This document shows positions 20,591 through 30,622 of a stretch of 64,000 bases of DNA, in pieces. How positions within the stretch are numbered: position 1 is the stretch's first letter; every line of letters starts with the position of its first letter. The notes under the pieces were generated by a model. It made no database searches. It had not been told where the DNA came from and saw nothing but the letters and a program-made list of their open reading frames with translations. The stretch is from a virus (lineage: Duplodnaviria > Caudoviricetes): the IMG/VR virus record IMGVR_UViG_3300010340_001122; one strand, written 5' to 3'. The position numbers and the translations under genes are program-made.

Positions 20591-21031
20591 TTATAAATTA
20601 ATCCATTCCTTTTTAGCGAATGTTATTGATATTTCTGTGTAAGGTGTTTCTATTTCATTCTCATCGTGTGTTATGACCATACCATCTTTTAATTGCATAT
20701 AAGATGGAATATACCATCCTAATGATTTTACTTGTGGAATAAAATTATCTCGTAGTGTTTCAAAGATTTCTTCTTCATTAGAGAATAGTCTAATATCAAT
20801 AAAGGCGTTTCTAGCTTGTCCTATAATATATTGATTAATTTCACCAGTATCTGGATCATCATCAAATCTTGATGGTATTAAACTTGGTGTTTTAATTGTC
20901 ATATCTTTTATGTTATAAGTAATTGCAAAGTCTTGAAACATTTCATGTAATTCATCCATATCTTCTTGATTGAATTTACTTTTTGGAAATATAGCTCCTT
21001 GATATGCTTCAAATTTCTTTAAATGTTTCAT
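20591..21031 (-). CDS. hypothetical protein with N-terminal MKHLKKFE tag
   Basis: TATATA upstream. Confidence 0.75.
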   Translation of the reverse strand: MKHLKKFEAYQGAIFPKSKFNQEDMDELHEMFQDFAITYNIKDMTIKTPSLIPSRFDDDPDTGEINQYIIGQARNAFIDIRLFSNEEEIFETLRDNFIPQVKSLGWYIPSYMQLKDGMVITHDENEIETPYTEISITFAKKEWINL

Positions 21032-21070
21032 ATTATTTATATATAAAATTTAATATATAAGAAAACACTT

Positions 21071-21424
21071 TTGATACAAATGAAGAAATTTTCAAAAATA
21101 AATGAAGCTAAATATTTCACACCTGACCCATCTATACTAAAGAAATATGCCGCGTTTGTTATGCCACTTTATATAACTGGTAAAGTTAAGTGTGATGAGA
21201 CTCTATTAGATGAGTATCTAGAGCTTTATAAGAAAAGTGTTAAGATGAAAAGTATGAATATGATTTGTGATTTGGAAGTTATGGCAGTTAAGTTGGTTAT
21301 GCAAGAGAATCCTATGACTCCTGGTGGTTATGAACAATTTAAAAAAGAGCTTGAGAATAAATGTCCTAAACTTGAAAAGTTTTTAAAAACATATATAAAT
21401 GATCCAAAAACTTTTCTAATTTAA
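21071..21424 (+). CDS. hypothetical protein (MKKFSKINE tag)
   Basis: TAATATATA upstream; start may be the ATG at 21080. Confidence 0.7.
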   Translation: MIQMKKFSKINEAKYFTPDPSILKKYAAFVMPLYITGKVKCDETLLDEYLELYKKSVKMKSMNMICDLEVMAVKLVMQENPMTPGGYEQFKKELENKCPKLEKFLKTYINDPKTFLI

Positions 21425-21477
21425 TTTTCAATTTTTCCAGTTAGGAGTTAAGATTAAAAGAGTTAAAGATATTTAAC

Positions 21478-21813
21478 TCAAGACCTCAGACTCAAAACTT
21501 CTGAAACTGTTACTTTAACTAATTTTTTATTTAAAGTGTGTTTTTTTGATAATTTTATTATCTTTTTAATTTTCAAATACCTAAATATCCCAGTAATAAT
21601 TAGGAATAAAAATACAAATATCCAGACTATTGTATTTAACCAAATTGAATATATTGTGAATGAATTATCAGATAATAAATCAACTAAACCAATAATAGAA
21701 GAAATGACCACTATCCATTTATAGAAACCTAAACGATTTATTAATTTAGATATTCTATTATTTACCTTTAAAATAAAAGAATGTTTGATTTCCCGAAAAA
21801 GTTCAAGTGTCAT
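21478..21813 (-). CDS. hypothetical 2-TM membrane protein
   Basis: Two hydrophobic helices. Confidence 0.65.
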   Translation of the reverse strand: MTLELFREIKHSFILKVNNRISKLINRLGFYKWIVVISSIIGLVDLLSDNSFTIYSIWLNTIVWIFVFLFLIITGIFRYLKIKKIIKLSKKHTLNKKLVKVTVSEVLSLRS

Positions 21814-21893
21814 AATTTAAAATTTTTCTTTATATATTTAGAAATATACTCGGAATAGTCAAAAAATTTAAAATAATTTCATATATTTGTGTA

Positions 21894-22140
21894 ATGAAGT
21901 GTGTGTGTGTAAAAAAGATTTTAAAGTTGATTTAATTCAGATGCAAGCTATTTTCTTTAAAGAGAATATGAATATGGGATCACTCCTCATCAAGAAACTG
22001 GAATGCCTATCTATTATTTAGATGTTAGTGAAAGTAATGCAGGTTGGGATTGGTTTCCTTTTAATGAGAAAAAATTCAAACTTAATTTTAAGGATATACA
22101 AGAAGTAAGAGAAGAAAAAATTACTCAGATTCTTGGATAG
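21894..22140 (+). pseudogene. frameshifted small gene with C-terminal tag
   Basis: Starts MKCVC after TATATTTG; distal frame ends VREEKITQILG*. Confidence 0.5.
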
Positions 22141-22151
22141 ATTTAATCTTC

Positions 22152-22358
22152 TTAATCAAAACTGAATCCACGATTAACTAATTCACTCAAGACAAGATCC
22201 GTTGTTGTTTCATCAGCGCCACGGGATTTCATCATTTTCATAAATTCCTCATATGATATTGACTTATCCATAAGATCGTTTAATTCTTCTTCAACTGCAT
22301 CCGCAATTGTTTTTGCAAAATCTACATCATACATTTCATTAAATCTCTTAATTTTCAT
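22152..22358 (-). CDS. small protein with MKIKRFNE tag
   Basis: 68 aa ORF. Confidence 0.65.
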   Translation of the reverse strand: MKIKRFNEMYDVDFAKTIADAVEEELNDLMDKSISYEEFMKMMKSRGADETTTDLVLSELVNRGFSFD

Positions 22359-22460
22359 TTTGTTATAATTATGAATTATCTTCGATAAATTTCTTCATAA
22401 ATCCTTCAATCAGTTTAGACATATTGAAAATTTGTGTGTATCTTTGTGTAAATATAGAAA

Positions 22461-23381
22461 ATGAAAAACATAGGATATTGCTGTATAAATATTTCGATCA
22501 ATTCTAATCGAAGTAAGAAAGATCAAATTTCTGTTAATAGAGGAATGGTTAAAAAGACATTTGAATCTAAAGGTCTGAACTATGTCTCAGAATTAACAAT
22601 TAAAAATATTGACGATCTTAAAAAGATATTAGAGTGGAATCTTAAAAATAATATTTATGTATATAGAATGTCAAGTGACATGTTTCCTTGTTTAGGATTC
22701 TACAAAATCAAAGATTTACCAAACTATAATTTAATATGTAGAAAATTAAAAGAGTGTGGTGATTTTGCTAAGAAAAACACATTCAGACTATCTTTTCATC
22801 CTTCACACTTTTGTATAATAGCAAGTGAAAATCAAAGAGTCATTGATAGTGCAATTGATGAACTTAATAAACATGCTGAAATCATGGATATAATGGGTCT
22901 CGATCAAACCACCTTTTATCCGATTAACATACATATTGGTACTACAAAACCATCACTTACTGATGCTACCCGTAAGTTTTGTGAGAGTTTTCAACTACTT
23001 TCCGACTCTTGTAAGAAAAGACTAACCGTTGAAAATGATGATAGTCCTAATCAATATTCTGTAAAGTTTCTTTATGATAATGTCTATAAAGTAATTGGTA
23101 TTCCTATTGTATTTGACCAACACCATTTTAATTATGGTCCACAAGACCAAACTATGGAAGAAGCTTTAAAACTAGCACACTCAACTTGGAGTACAAGATG
23201 CCTAACACATATGAGTTCTTCTAGACTACTTGAAGATGTTAAAGGTGTTGCAACTGCTCACGCTGATTATATCTATGAAGAGATTCAAACCTTTGGTCTA
23301 GACTTTGATATTGAGATTGAAGCAAAAGCCAAAGATTTGGCAGTCTTCAAATATCGAAAAGATTTTCAACTTAAGTTATAA
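22461..23381 (+). CDS. uvsE: UV DNA damage endonuclease (UVDE/UvsE)
   Basis: GYCCIN, YRMSS, RLSFHP, INIHIG, RLTVENDD, FDQHH, AHADY, EAKAKD. Confidence 0.9.
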   Translation: MKNIGYCCINISINSNRSKKDQISVNRGMVKKTFESKGLNYVSELTIKNIDDLKKILEWNLKNNIYVYRMSSDMFPCLGFYKIKDLPNYNLICRKLKECGDFAKKNTFRLSFHPSHFCIIASENQRVIDSAIDELNKHAEIMDIMGLDQTTFYPINIHIGTTKPSLTDATRKFCESFQLLSDSCKKRLTVENDDSPNQYSVKFLYDNVYKVIGIPIVFDQHHFNYGPQDQTMEEALKLAHSTWSTRCLTHMSSSRLLEDVKGVATAHADYIYEEIQTFGLDFDIEIEAKAKDLAVFKYRKDFQLKL

Positions 23382-23411
23382 AAAAAAGAGAGTCATTTGA
23401 CTCTCTTTTTT
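23380..23411. terminator. bidirectional intrinsic terminator
   Basis: A-run GAGAGTCA-TT-TGACTCTC T-run. Confidence 0.8.
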
Positions 23412-23601
23412 ATTTTAGGTTACTTAGTACTTTTTTATAATCAGTTAGAATTTTATCATATAATGGCTCATCTAAAGTCTTAACAAGATTAATCATTTTA
23501 CCAATTCCGGAATCTTTAGGTAAAAGTTTTCCTACCTTTATAAGGTCCATTTTAGTCTTGATATCTTTTTCTAATTTAATTAAGTTTCTTTCCTTTGCCA
23601 T
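23410..23601 (-). CDS. hypothetical protein
   Basis: 63 aa ORF. Confidence 0.6.
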   Translation of the reverse strand: MAKERNLIKLEKDIKTKMDLIKVGKLLPKDSGIGKMINLVKTLDEPLYDKILTDYKKVLSNLK

Positions 23602-24256
23602 AGTCTAAGTAATTGATTTTATTTTTAGGAACTGAAAACTCATTTACATGGGTTTTAAAGTTCTTTTCTATTGTTATTGTTTCGGTAATTTCGTTTAATA
23701 ATTCAAATTTTTTATAAGGATAATTTGAGCTATCTACTTTAATATAATAAGATTTATCAGAAATTTTTATTGTCATTATATCATTACTATAATCTTTAAA
23801 ATTCTTTCGAAGGTATATATTTAACATATCCGAAAGTATTTTAGCTACTCTTCCATGCTGGTATGAGCAAAGTTTAGTCAAATCATGAAATTTTTGACCA
23901 AGTTCAGACGCATTTTTATTTGAAAGTAGAAATATTAATTTCTCATCCCGATCTTTGAAACTTAAAATATCATTAGAATAACTATATCCACCTAAGCGAG
24001 ATTTAGAAATTGTATAATAACAAGTGTTTTTACCAGTAGTATAAAATACTCTATATTCATCATCACCTCGATAATTTTTATCGATTGGTTTAACAATTTT
24101 AATTATCTCATCAATACAATCTATAACATCTTGTCTTTTTTTATCAGATCTAACTTTAGCACGAACCCACAAATCGTGGACCATTTCAATAGTCCATTCC
24201 TTTGGTTTTCGACCAAATTTAATTTCATAATATGAATTTTCTTGATTCAGACGCAT
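23576..24256 (-). CDS. hypothetical protein
   Basis: 226 aa; TATATTTG directly upstream. Confidence 0.75.
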   Translation of the reverse strand: MRLNQENSYYEIKFGRKPKEWTIEMVHDLWVRAKVRSDKKRQDVIDCIDEIIKIVKPIDKNYRGDDEYRVFYTTGKNTCYYTISKSRLGGYSYSNDILSFKDRDEKLIFLLSNKNASELGQKFHDLTKLCSYQHGRVAKILSDMLNIYLRKNFKDYSNDIMTIKISDKSYYIKVDSSNYPYKKFELLNEITETITIEKNFKTHVNEFSVPKNKINYLDYGKGKKLN

Positions 24257-24282
24257 ATTGCAAATATAATCAATATATTCTA

Positions 24283-24573
24283 TTAATCTATTTTCTTTTT
24301 AGAAATAATTTCATACGCACAAACATTAAGTATTTCTTTTTTACCTATTTGTAAAACTGGAACTGCTTCTCTATATGTTCTTATCATTTCTCTTTCGTCG
24401 CTAGTTGTGAAAACTAGTGTATCAGACTTTTCAGAATTGCAATAATTTACTTTAACAACATATTCGTTTTTTGTGAATGAATCTTTTATAAATAATGTCA
24501 TTATACTTAACATAGATAAAGCGACAATTATTGCAATTACTACTATTAATTTTCTTTGTGCAAACATATTCAT
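24283..24573 (-). CDS. hypothetical membrane-anchored protein
   Basis: N-terminal TM. Confidence 0.65.
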   Translation of the reverse strand: MNMFAQRKLIVVIAIIVALSMLSIMTLFIKDSFTKNEYVVKVNYCNSEKSDTLVFTTSDEREMIRTYREAVPVLQIGKKEILNVCAYEIISKKKID

Positions 24574-24596
24574 TATATGTTCAAAGTGTAAAATGT

Positions 24597-24953
24597 TTAT
24601 TTTTTACTTTCCATTTCTCTCTGTATTTCAGAACATTTTCTATATTCTTCCATCTCTTCATATTCTTGTAACATAGATTTCAATTGACTATAATTACTCA
24701 ATTTCAATTTCAACTTATACCTAACTTCATCTAAATCCTCTTTATTCTCACAACTAGAGTCTATTATTTTATTAACACTCCATCTATCAAATTTTCCAGA
24801 TGCTGTAAAATCAGTCCAATTTTTAATATTATTATCTTTTAGGAAATTAATAATATCTTCAACACATGAATCTATTTTATTTACTACTTTTAAATCTTTT
24901 TTCTTTTTTAAACCAAATATCTCATTAATTTGGTGAAACTTTTTTATTTTCAT
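24597..24953 (-). CDS. hypothetical protein (MKIKKFHQINE tag; UVR-like C-terminus)
   Basis: TAATATATA upstream; EEYRKCSEIQ. Confidence 0.7.
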   Translation of the reverse strand: MKIKKFHQINEIFGLKKKKDLKVVNKIDSCVEDIINFLKDNNIKNWTDFTASGKFDRWSVNKIIDSSCENKEDLDEVRYKLKLKLSNYSQLKSMLQEYEEMEEYRKCSEIQREMESKK

Positions 24954-24986
24954 ATTGTATATATTAAAATTTTATGTATATTTGTA

Positions 24987-25266
24987 GAGTCAAATGGGAG
25001 CTGCCAAAAGCCGACTAGCCAAATGATTTTAAAACTTCACAAACATATCTCAGATAACCTTCTGTCCCTATCAGAACAGAATAAACTGAGACATCCTTTT
25101 AGGGAAGGTTGGGGCCAAGTAAATCCTGTGGCACCGCAGGTGAGACAATTCATCCGACATTATGAATTAGTCGATTAACAAAATTATGTCAGAGAGGTAG
25201 ATGTGCGAGACTTAATCTCAATCCGATAGATAATCCATTCGCACTGGATTATCTATCGGATTTATT
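24987..25266 (+). ncRNA. candidate structured non-coding RNA
   Basis: GC-enriched ORF-poor interval after TATATTTG (24977-24984); several stems; ends in a 17-bp hairpin. Confidence 0.5.
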
Positions 25267-25268
25267 TT

Positions 25269-25979
25269 TTAACTGGTGTACCAACCAGTATATGCAATTC
25301 TATTAGATGTTACACCAGGACAAACATGAGAAACATAGTGCCATTTCCCCCTACCTTCAGGTATATGAAATAATGTTAATGTATTAAATGTGGGAGATTC
25401 ACTCTCTTCAATTATTTTTTGAGTATCATCAATAAAATGTAAAGTCCCGCCCCATTGTGGTTTCCAATTTTTTGTTAATTGTAAAACAAATCCAATTTGT
25501 CCAAGTGTATCATCATGATGTGGTGATAAGAAACATCCTTGTGAATATTTAGAGGCAAACATTGTATTAAAATTTTTAATTTTTATACCGGAGACTATAC
25601 TTAAAAATGTTATAATTTCATCTGATTTTAACCATTCTCTGAAATGACATTCGGTACAGTAACAACCTTCTACATGATCCCCAGCTGTTCGATAAAAGTG
25701 GTAAGCAAAATCCCCCTTATTAAATATGATATCTGAGAGTTCTTTCTCTTTTAGAATTTCTTCTTTATTTTCTTCAAAATCTCTAATATATTTAACATAT
25801 CCATTTAAACCTGGACTTGAAGTAGCATACCACCAGTTTTCGGGCATTCCTGAGTTAAAAAAATTATATAAATTATCAACATAATCTTGATTTAAGAAGT
25901 CTCTTATTATAACAGACCCATTGTTAATAAATTCATCTGATAATGATTGTGGATCTATTTTTGAGTTAATTAATGTCAT
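25269..25979 (-). CDS. 2OG-Fe(II) oxygenase (prolyl-hydroxylase-like)
   Basis: HDD, WKPQWGG.L, H.VS.V, R...TGW. Confidence 0.85.
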   Translation of the reverse strand: MTLINSKIDPQSLSDEFINNGSVIIRDFLNQDYVDNLYNFFNSGMPENWWYATSSPGLNGYVKYIRDFEENKEEILKEKELSDIIFNKGDFAYHFYRTAGDHVEGCYCTECHFREWLKSDEIITFLSIVSGIKIKNFNTMFASKYSQGCFLSPHHDDTLGQIGFVLQLTKNWKPQWGGTLHFIDDTQKIIEESESPTFNTLTLFHIPEGRGKWHYVSHVCPGVTSNRIAYTGWYTS

Positions 25980-26022
25980 AAATTCAATTCGAAATTTTCG
26001 ATTATATATTTAATCCTTATAT

Positions 26023-26502
26023 TTGTGTATGACTAAAATACAATTAGACAACCTTATAGAATTCTGCTTCCTTTTCCACCCATGTTCTGATTGTGATTGG
26101 AGAAGACAATCTCCTGACTATATCAAAGAAAAATGGGATAAGTATATTGGAATAGATGCAAAACACACTTATTATGATAAACTATATTTTACAAATGATA
26201 TTAGTGATTGGTTAAAAATTTGGAAAGTTTCAAATGAAGATTGGATAAAATTGAAAAAGATTATTCAATTTATAATGACACTATCTAAAAAACCTATTTT
26301 TATAAATCATTATTATCCTGAAACTTGGAAACTTTCAGAAATTATTGATATTTTTGAAAATCAAATTGGATCAGTAAATGATATAAATCAGAAACCATAT
26401 AATCATATTCATGCTTTACTTCAAAAAGAGATTGAAAAATGGTTATCCATAACTCAAAATAATAGGGAATATAATCTATCTCAGATTATATCATCTTATT
26501 AG
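26023..26502 (+). CDS. hypothetical protein
   Basis: Ends NREYNLSQII. Confidence 0.7.
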   Translation: MCMTKIQLDNLIEFCFLFHPCSDCDWRRQSPDYIKEKWDKYIGIDAKHTYYDKLYFTNDISDWLKIWKVSNEDWIKLKKIIQFIMTLSKKPIFINHYYPETWKLSEIIDIFENQIGSVNDINQKPYNHIHALLQKEIEKWLSITQNNREYNLSQIISSY

Positions 26503-27591
26503 TGTTATAATACCATTTTTAACATATTTCTTCATCTCTATATCTCTGTAACTTACAAAGTAATAATATACACCACTTTGTATTATTTCTGGACCATAAG
26601 TTCCATCCCAAAATGTATCTAGATCATAAGTTTGAAATATAGTTGTTCCCCATCTATTATAAATAGTTAAATGGTAATCATATATTCTTGATGATTTAAC
26701 AAAGAAATTATCATTAATACCGTCTCCATTAGGAGTAAATGAATTAGGTATATACAATACTGATAATGGGTTGATAGTTACACAATTTGTAATAGAATCT
26801 GAACATGTTGATATTCCAGTATTATATGTTGCTGTTGAAATGAGTTTAACACAATATTCACCAGGTAATACATAAGTATGTTCAGTATCTTGATCAGTTG
26901 ATGTTTGGGAATCTCCAAAACTCCAAAAATAAGTCATAGCATCTTTTGATAGATTAACAAAACTAAAATACGGAGTCAAAATATCAGTCACACTTTCATT
27001 TGATACAGAGAATTGAGCTGTGGGTGATAAATTAATTATAATATGATCATTTTTGTATATTGTATCTTTACAACCTAAATCCGAAGTTGCAATTACTCCA
27101 ACATCATATGTCCCATCAATAGAATAACAATATTTAAAACTAGATCCTGTACGATTAACACCCGTTCCCATTGTCCAATCATAAATATAATTTGGAATCG
27201 GATTTATTATCGAAAAATCAATACATTTTGGATTACACCCTGTTATATCATTTTGAGTGAAAGATGGATCTGGTAATGGATTAACACCGACATTAAAAAT
27301 ATGTGTTGAGACACAACCATTAAAATCTGTTAATGTTGCAGTATAAGTTATATTTGAAGGTGGTACGATCCAAACATCATTATTATTTGTTGTTAAATCC
27401 ACAGAGTTTGACCAAATAATATTATAAGGAGTAACTGCATTTATTTCACTAACGAATAAATGAACATCTTCACCAAAGCAAATAGTTTCTGAACTACTAC
27501 CAGTTAAGTCAATTCTCATAGGCTGCCCTAATTGATGTGTTAATGTTATGCTACAAAGATTATCATCAGTTACAACAACTTGATACCACAA
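26491..27591 (-). pseudogene. C-terminal part of SprB-like adhesin: PKD domains and T9SS type-B C-terminal domain
   Basis: W.FGD PKD motif; YIPNSFTPNGDGIND, IYNRWG, WDGT. Confidence 0.85.
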
Positions 27592-28460
27592 CCTGCAGAT
27601 AGATTACTTAATGATGGTGTTATTTGTGTATTATTCCAAAGGTATGTATATGGTGGAGTTCCACCAATAATAATTGAAGATATTGATCCGTTAGAATATG
27701 AAAAGCAAGTGGGTTCGACAGTAGATAAATTACCTTGTAATGGTTGCGGTGATGAGATTGTAATATTAGATACAATAATTTGGCATCCATTATCATCAGT
27801 AATATTTACTGAATAAGTACCATCACTTAAATTTATAAAACTACCTGTGTTATTTGATACACCATTTAATGTATATGTGTATGATGGTGTGCCATTATTA
27901 GCGGTAACAGATATTGATCCATTTATATTACCAAAACAATCAATATTTGTTACTACAGGGATTGTGTTGGTTAATTGTGTTGGTTCTGATATTATTACAT
28001 TATGAGTAGTATTACACCCATTTGCATCAGAAACATTTATAATATAATTTCCTGATACTAAATTAGTAAATATTCCTGTATTATTTGATACACCATTTAA
28101 TGTGTATGTATATGGTAATAATCCATTTGATGAATTTATTGTAAAACTTCCATTATTTTCACCAAAACAAATATTGTCTTGTAATTGTGTAGTATTATTA
28201 ATCACTGTTGTATTTTCACCAACATTTACATTTATTGGTAAACTATTACATCCATCAATATCTTGACAAGTAACAACATAAATACCGGCAAGTATGTTAT
28301 TAACAGGCATAGATGTTAAAATACCATTCACATAATATGTATATGGTAAATTCCCATTCGATCCAACAACATTAAAAGATCCATCAGAAAATCCACTACA
28401 AGTAGCATCAGTAACTGATAATAATGTTACAATAGGTGGAACAATACATCCTAATACAGT
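27570..28460 (-). pseudogene. middle part of SprB-like adhesin (SprB repeats)
   Basis: CFG..NGSI...GTP.YTY, D.NGC repeats; frame open up to the insert junction at 28460; frameshift near 27590. Confidence 0.8.
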
Positions 28461-28543
28461 CTTCGACCTCTGAACTATGCAAATATAATCAATTATCTCA
28501 CTCCAATTATTATCAGCATGGTTTTTTGTGTTAGTTAATGATG

Positions 28544-28582
28544 TTTTAGCGCAGGTTTTTAGCGGGTATAAACAAGTTATCG
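28544..28582 (+). other. attI-like site
   Basis: AAACAA-GTTATCG core with no palindrome; TTTTAGCG direct repeat at 28544 and 28557. Confidence 0.4.
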
Positions 28583-28583
28583 G

Positions 28584-29036
28584 TCAGCTTAAAGACAGCA
28601 TCACGCCAGTAAGACAGTAGTAGAAATTTTGCAATTCGTGGACAAACTCCATTTTGCTAAATCTATGACCCTCAAAATCGAAAGTATAGGTGTTGTTCCA
28701 TTCGCCTTTTGAAAATGGTTTTGATAACACAAAATCAAGTATCATTCCACCACTCTTAAAGTCCTTACCTATGTATCCATTTTTATAGTCTTTGTCGGAA
28801 AATCCAAACTTCAAAAGCCACTCTTCGGTTAATGGAATAGGCGAATGAACAAGATTAAATCCTTTCGGGTCTTCGGTAAGCCATTTAAGGTCTTGCCAGT
28901 CTATTACGGTAGGCAAAATTTCTCCTTCTGCTGTATCGTAATTTAAAATGTTTCCGCACTTCAAATCGTGGATTGAAAAAGCCGAACCGCTAACAGCAGT
29001 TTGGCAAGATGCGGTGTTTTGTACTTCGTTTGACAT
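28584..29036 (-). CDS. cassette-borne conserved phage-type hypothetical protein
   Basis: PIPLTEEWLLKFGF and VHELQN motifs; start codon lies inside attC. Confidence 0.8.
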   Translation of the reverse strand: MSNEVQNTASCQTAVSGSAFSIHDLKCGNILNYDTAEGEILPTVIDWQDLKWLTEDPKGFNLVHSPIPLTEEWLLKFGFSDKDYKNGYIGKDFKSGGMILDFVLSKPFSKGEWNNTYTFDFEGHRFSKMEFVHELQNFYYCLTGVMLSLS

Positions 29037-29120
29037 ATTGTGCTAAATTTTAAGTTAAGTAATTCTAATCGGCTTTAGTGCTGAAAGTCCCGCACCTCGC
29101 CAAGCTGCGGAACGTTACAG
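28988..29120 (+). repeat. attC-like palindrome
   Basis: CGCTAAC...GTTACAG; arms GCAGTTTGGCAAGATGCGG / CCGCACCTCGCCAAGCTGC. Confidence 0.8.
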
Positions 29121-29141
29121 GCAAGTGCTACGATACTGCTA

Positions 29142-29864
29142 CTATTGAACATTTGTGGGAGAAAATTTAAAAAGTTTTTCCACCTGTGCCAAAGTTTTAT
29201 TTGGTCTGATAGATACATTTACTTCTTTTTGCCACACACATTCAAAATCGTTAGGAGCATTATATTCACTTACAAATACTGTATTGTCTTTTGAAATATC
29301 TCTACACCATTGCCAAAATTTATCGTGATTAAACTTGTCTTTGGTATCATACTCTTTTGTTCCCTGATAAGGTATATCGCAATAAACAATACTTCCTTTT
29401 GGTATTTGTAGTTGGTCGTAATTGCAGTTGTAGAAATCAATATCTTTAATTGCTTCTAATTGCTTTAAGGTATTTCTAATTTGTTCTGCAACATAATCTC
29501 TGTTTTTATGCTTACCTGAATAACCACCTCCATAAAATCTGCCATTAAAAGAACCCATAAATCCAATCCACCCTATTGTAAAGTCGTCAAAGTTATGATT
29601 TTCTCTTTCATTGTATTGGTTTCGTGCCTTGTCGTAAAGTTCTTTTGGTATTTCCATAATCAATTCACTACCTTGTTGTAGTCCTTTCCATAAAGCAATT
29701 AGATATTTATTACTATCTGATGCAATTCGTTTACCCTTCACTTTATCAATAATATTACAACCACCTACAAATGGCTCTACATAGTATTGTTCTTCTGTTC
29801 GGTCTTTTAAGATAATTGGTAATAAATCTTTGGCAAACCGTGCCTTACTTCCCATATATTTCAT
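29142..29864 (-). CDS. DNA adenine methyltransferase (Dam/D12-like), cassette-borne
   Basis: YMGSK, YVEPFVGG, VYCDIPY, VSEY. Confidence 0.88.
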   Translation of the reverse strand: MKYMGSKARFAKDLLPIILKDRTEEQYYVEPFVGGCNIIDKVKGKRIASDSNKYLIALWKGLQQGSELIMEIPKELYDKARNQYNERENHNFDDFTIGWIGFMGSFNGRFYGGGYSGKHKNRDYVAEQIRNTLKQLEAIKDIDFYNCNYDQLQIPKGSIVYCDIPYQGTKEYDTKDKFNHDKFWQWCRDISKDNTVFVSEYNAPNDFECVWQKEVNVSIRPNKTLAQVEKLFKFSPTNVQ

Positions 29865-29995
29865 ACTCTAAAACTTTTTTAAATTTTCTTTTCGTTTTCA
29901 AATCAAAATCTGAAATTTTTCCGCTGATGTAAATTTTTAACGCCATGTATTTTATCGTTTTTAAATTAAAGTTTCTACTCATTAACCGCTACTGG

Positions 29996-30094
29996 TTATA
30001 ACAGCGGTTTTGTGCTATTTGCCCCATCAACATTTGTGGTAACTTGAAACTTTGTGCAAGGGGCAAACAGACACAAAGCCACAAACCGTTAGCA
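29996..30094 (+). repeat. attC-like palindrome
   Basis: TTATAAC...GTTAGCA; arms TTTGTG..TTTGCCCC / GGGGCAAA..CACAAA. Confidence 0.8.
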
Positions 30095-30334
30095 GCCATA
30101 CCAGTTGACACTATCACGCTTTTTAGACTTGTTCTTTGCTTTTCTACGCTGCTTCATAGAAAGTGAACATTTACGTCTATCATCAAACTTATGGCATCCG
30201 CTAACCTTGTTGTGCTTGTTGTAAAATTCACAGCTACTCTTTCCGCAACGCATTGAGACATTGGGGTCAAGTACGGCTGCTAACATGGTATTGCTTCCAT
30301 GTGGGCTAACGTGCTTAATTTCATCTTTGTGCAT
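30089..30334 (-). CDS. cassette-borne small Cys/Lys-rich protein
   Basis: Bounded by GTTAGCAGCC / GGCTGCTAAC; starts inside attC. Confidence 0.6.
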   Translation of the reverse strand: MHKDEIKHVSPHGSNTMLAAVLDPNVSMRCGKSSCEFYNKHNKVSGCHKFDDRRKCSLSMKQRRKAKNKSKKRDSVNWYGC

Positions 30335-30409
30335 ATATTTAACTTTTAGTTGTTATTTGGGCTGACGTGCAAGAAATCCCACACGGCAGCAATACCTTCA
30401 ACGTTGGCA
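30278..30409 (+). repeat. attC-like palindrome
   Basis: TGCTAAC...GTTGGCA; arms GGTATTGCT..TGTGGG / CCCACA..AGCAATACC. Confidence 0.8.
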
Positions 30410-30622
30410 GCAATACTAAGACAGTACATACCGCAACATTTGTTCTCCTTGATGACTTTCGACACCTTTAAAAACCAAAGTTTTGTTTTCAATCAATGGT
30501 TCTACTACTTCATACCTTGTGTATTGGTCTGCGAATAAAAATCGACCAGATGAAGGCTGAAACCATACCGAGTGCCAGAATGATGAAGGCTTATAAAATT
30601 CATTTTCCTTTTCTAATTCGTG

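Larger units (their letters stand above)
28461..30622. mobile_element. foreign insert 2: fragment of an attC-like cassette array
   Basis: Three attC-like sites plus an attI-like end; removal rejoins ...ELSPGS|TVLGCIVPP... in frame. Confidence 0.8.

Noticed and set aside
24930-25178. 82-aa plus-strand ORF
   Set aside because: Starts upstream of the promoter element inside a divergent gene; the region looks more like structured RNA.
882-30622. A complete resident integron or IS element
   Set aside because: No integrase or transposase in the window, no target duplications, and junctions are not at attC crossover sites.
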